64,000 nucleotides of DNA from Antedon mediterranea (lineage: Eukaryota > Animalia > Echinodermata), in the NCBI RefSeq assembly GCF_964355755.1, contig NC_092674.1, positions 15,066,001 to 15,130,000 of the forward strand. The letters run 5' to 3'. Of this stretch, positions 63,022 through 64,000 are shown piece after piece (position 1 is the stretch's first letter; each line of letters begins with the position of its first letter). Both the position numbers and the translations under genes were made by a program. Below the pieces are notes generated by a model that was not told the origin of the DNA, did no database searches, and saw only the letters and a program-made list of their open reading frames with translations.

Positions 63022-64000
63022 TAGTCCAGATCCCTATGTATTTTCGTGTGCAGATCATGGGGAAAGTGTAAACATTGTGTTTTATGAATATTTGAATCAT
63101 GCTGGTTATAAAAACCCATGTTGTCAAATTTCTAAAATTCATCTTTGACCTCTGACCTCAATTTGAATGTTTTGACCCATTGAAAACAAAATGGTCATAT
63201 CTTTGCAACGCTTATTTTAAATGAAATAATGTTAGTGTCAAATTATTTGGGAGATACATATTAATATTCGTTCTAATGGAAAAGTTTGTCCAAAAATGGC
63301 CGGAAGTATGATTTTTGGCATTTTTTACCTTTGACCTACATATCATATAACTCCGTAACTAACAGTTGGACAAACTTTAAATAGGGCTCAAATTAATCTG
63401 AAGATATATATTTCTATTCAGTCTAATAAGAACTTTTTCGAGAAAATGACCCAAAATCTTCTTATTGACCTTTGACCTGTACAGGTAGTACACATTCCTA
63501 CAGTCTTAAAAACTATTTTCAAATTATTATGGCTAAAACTTAATTTAACTTTGTTTTAAAGATTATTTACAGTAACCTGTAATTTACATACCACTTTTAT
63601 AATGTACTAGGTCAGTTTCTGAAAAAAAATGAGAAAAATATTTTGATAGCTTGATATTTTTGTTGAGGTTATCTTTTTGGTTTAATAAAAGCTATCTAGC
63701 AGATATTAATACACAAAATTCATATTTTATTGGATAGATATTATGATTATCTTTCCAATAAAATATGCTGTTTGTGTAAGAATATCTGTACAAGATTGTT
63801 GTACTGAACTAAAAACATGGATTTTTAGCACAAAATCAAAATCTTTTTTCGCGTGTACCATGTAAAAACCCTTAAGAAAAATATCAAGCTATAAAAATAT
63901 TTTTTTCATTTTATCTCAGAAACTTACTTAGTATGTGGTAGAAGGGGTATGTGAGTTACACTTCACTGACAACAAATCTTTTAAAAAGTTAAAACATAAG
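63022..64000. mobile_element. Unclassified DNA-transposon terminal region (possibly Academ, TAG start), runs off window
   Basis: Begins TAGTCCAG; repeated TGACCTTTGACC-type motifs; internal inverted repeat ~63585-63662 / 63877-63960. Confidence 0.35.

Overview
AT-rich, gene-poor eukaryotic DNA (GT-AG introns, no operons; the TE spectrum suggests a marine invertebrate, which is inference). The window is essentially a nested transposon graveyard and no intact host gene was recognised. Best-supported contents: (i) a near full-length Naiad-type Penelope-like retroelement (RT + GIY-YIG, two lesions) with a minimal hammerhead ribozyme and a 14-bp flanking duplication; (ii) a recent Gypsy-type LTR element with apparently identical 783-bp LTRs that encodes only Gag-protease; (iii) many non-autonomous DNA elements with resolvable TIRs/TSDs (Merlin-like foldback with ~835-bp arms, MULE-like, IS3EU-like, hAT-like with 5- and 6-bp TSDs, Harbinger, piggyBac, Helitron/Helentron-like); (iv) decayed transposase/RT fragments (Academ, Sola2, Harbinger, piggyBac, Chapaev, Crypton, CR1/L2/Rex); (v) several minisatellites. 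Most interesting patterns: a strong minus-strand bias of TE fragments (candidate uni-strand piRNA cluster), two different MULE-like elements inserted at the same phase of an 84-bp satellite, and two 27-bp CA..TG micro-elements with 7-bp TSDs that look like P-type excision footprints. Family names come from motif recognition by eye, not database searches, and boundaries of decayed fragments are approximate.
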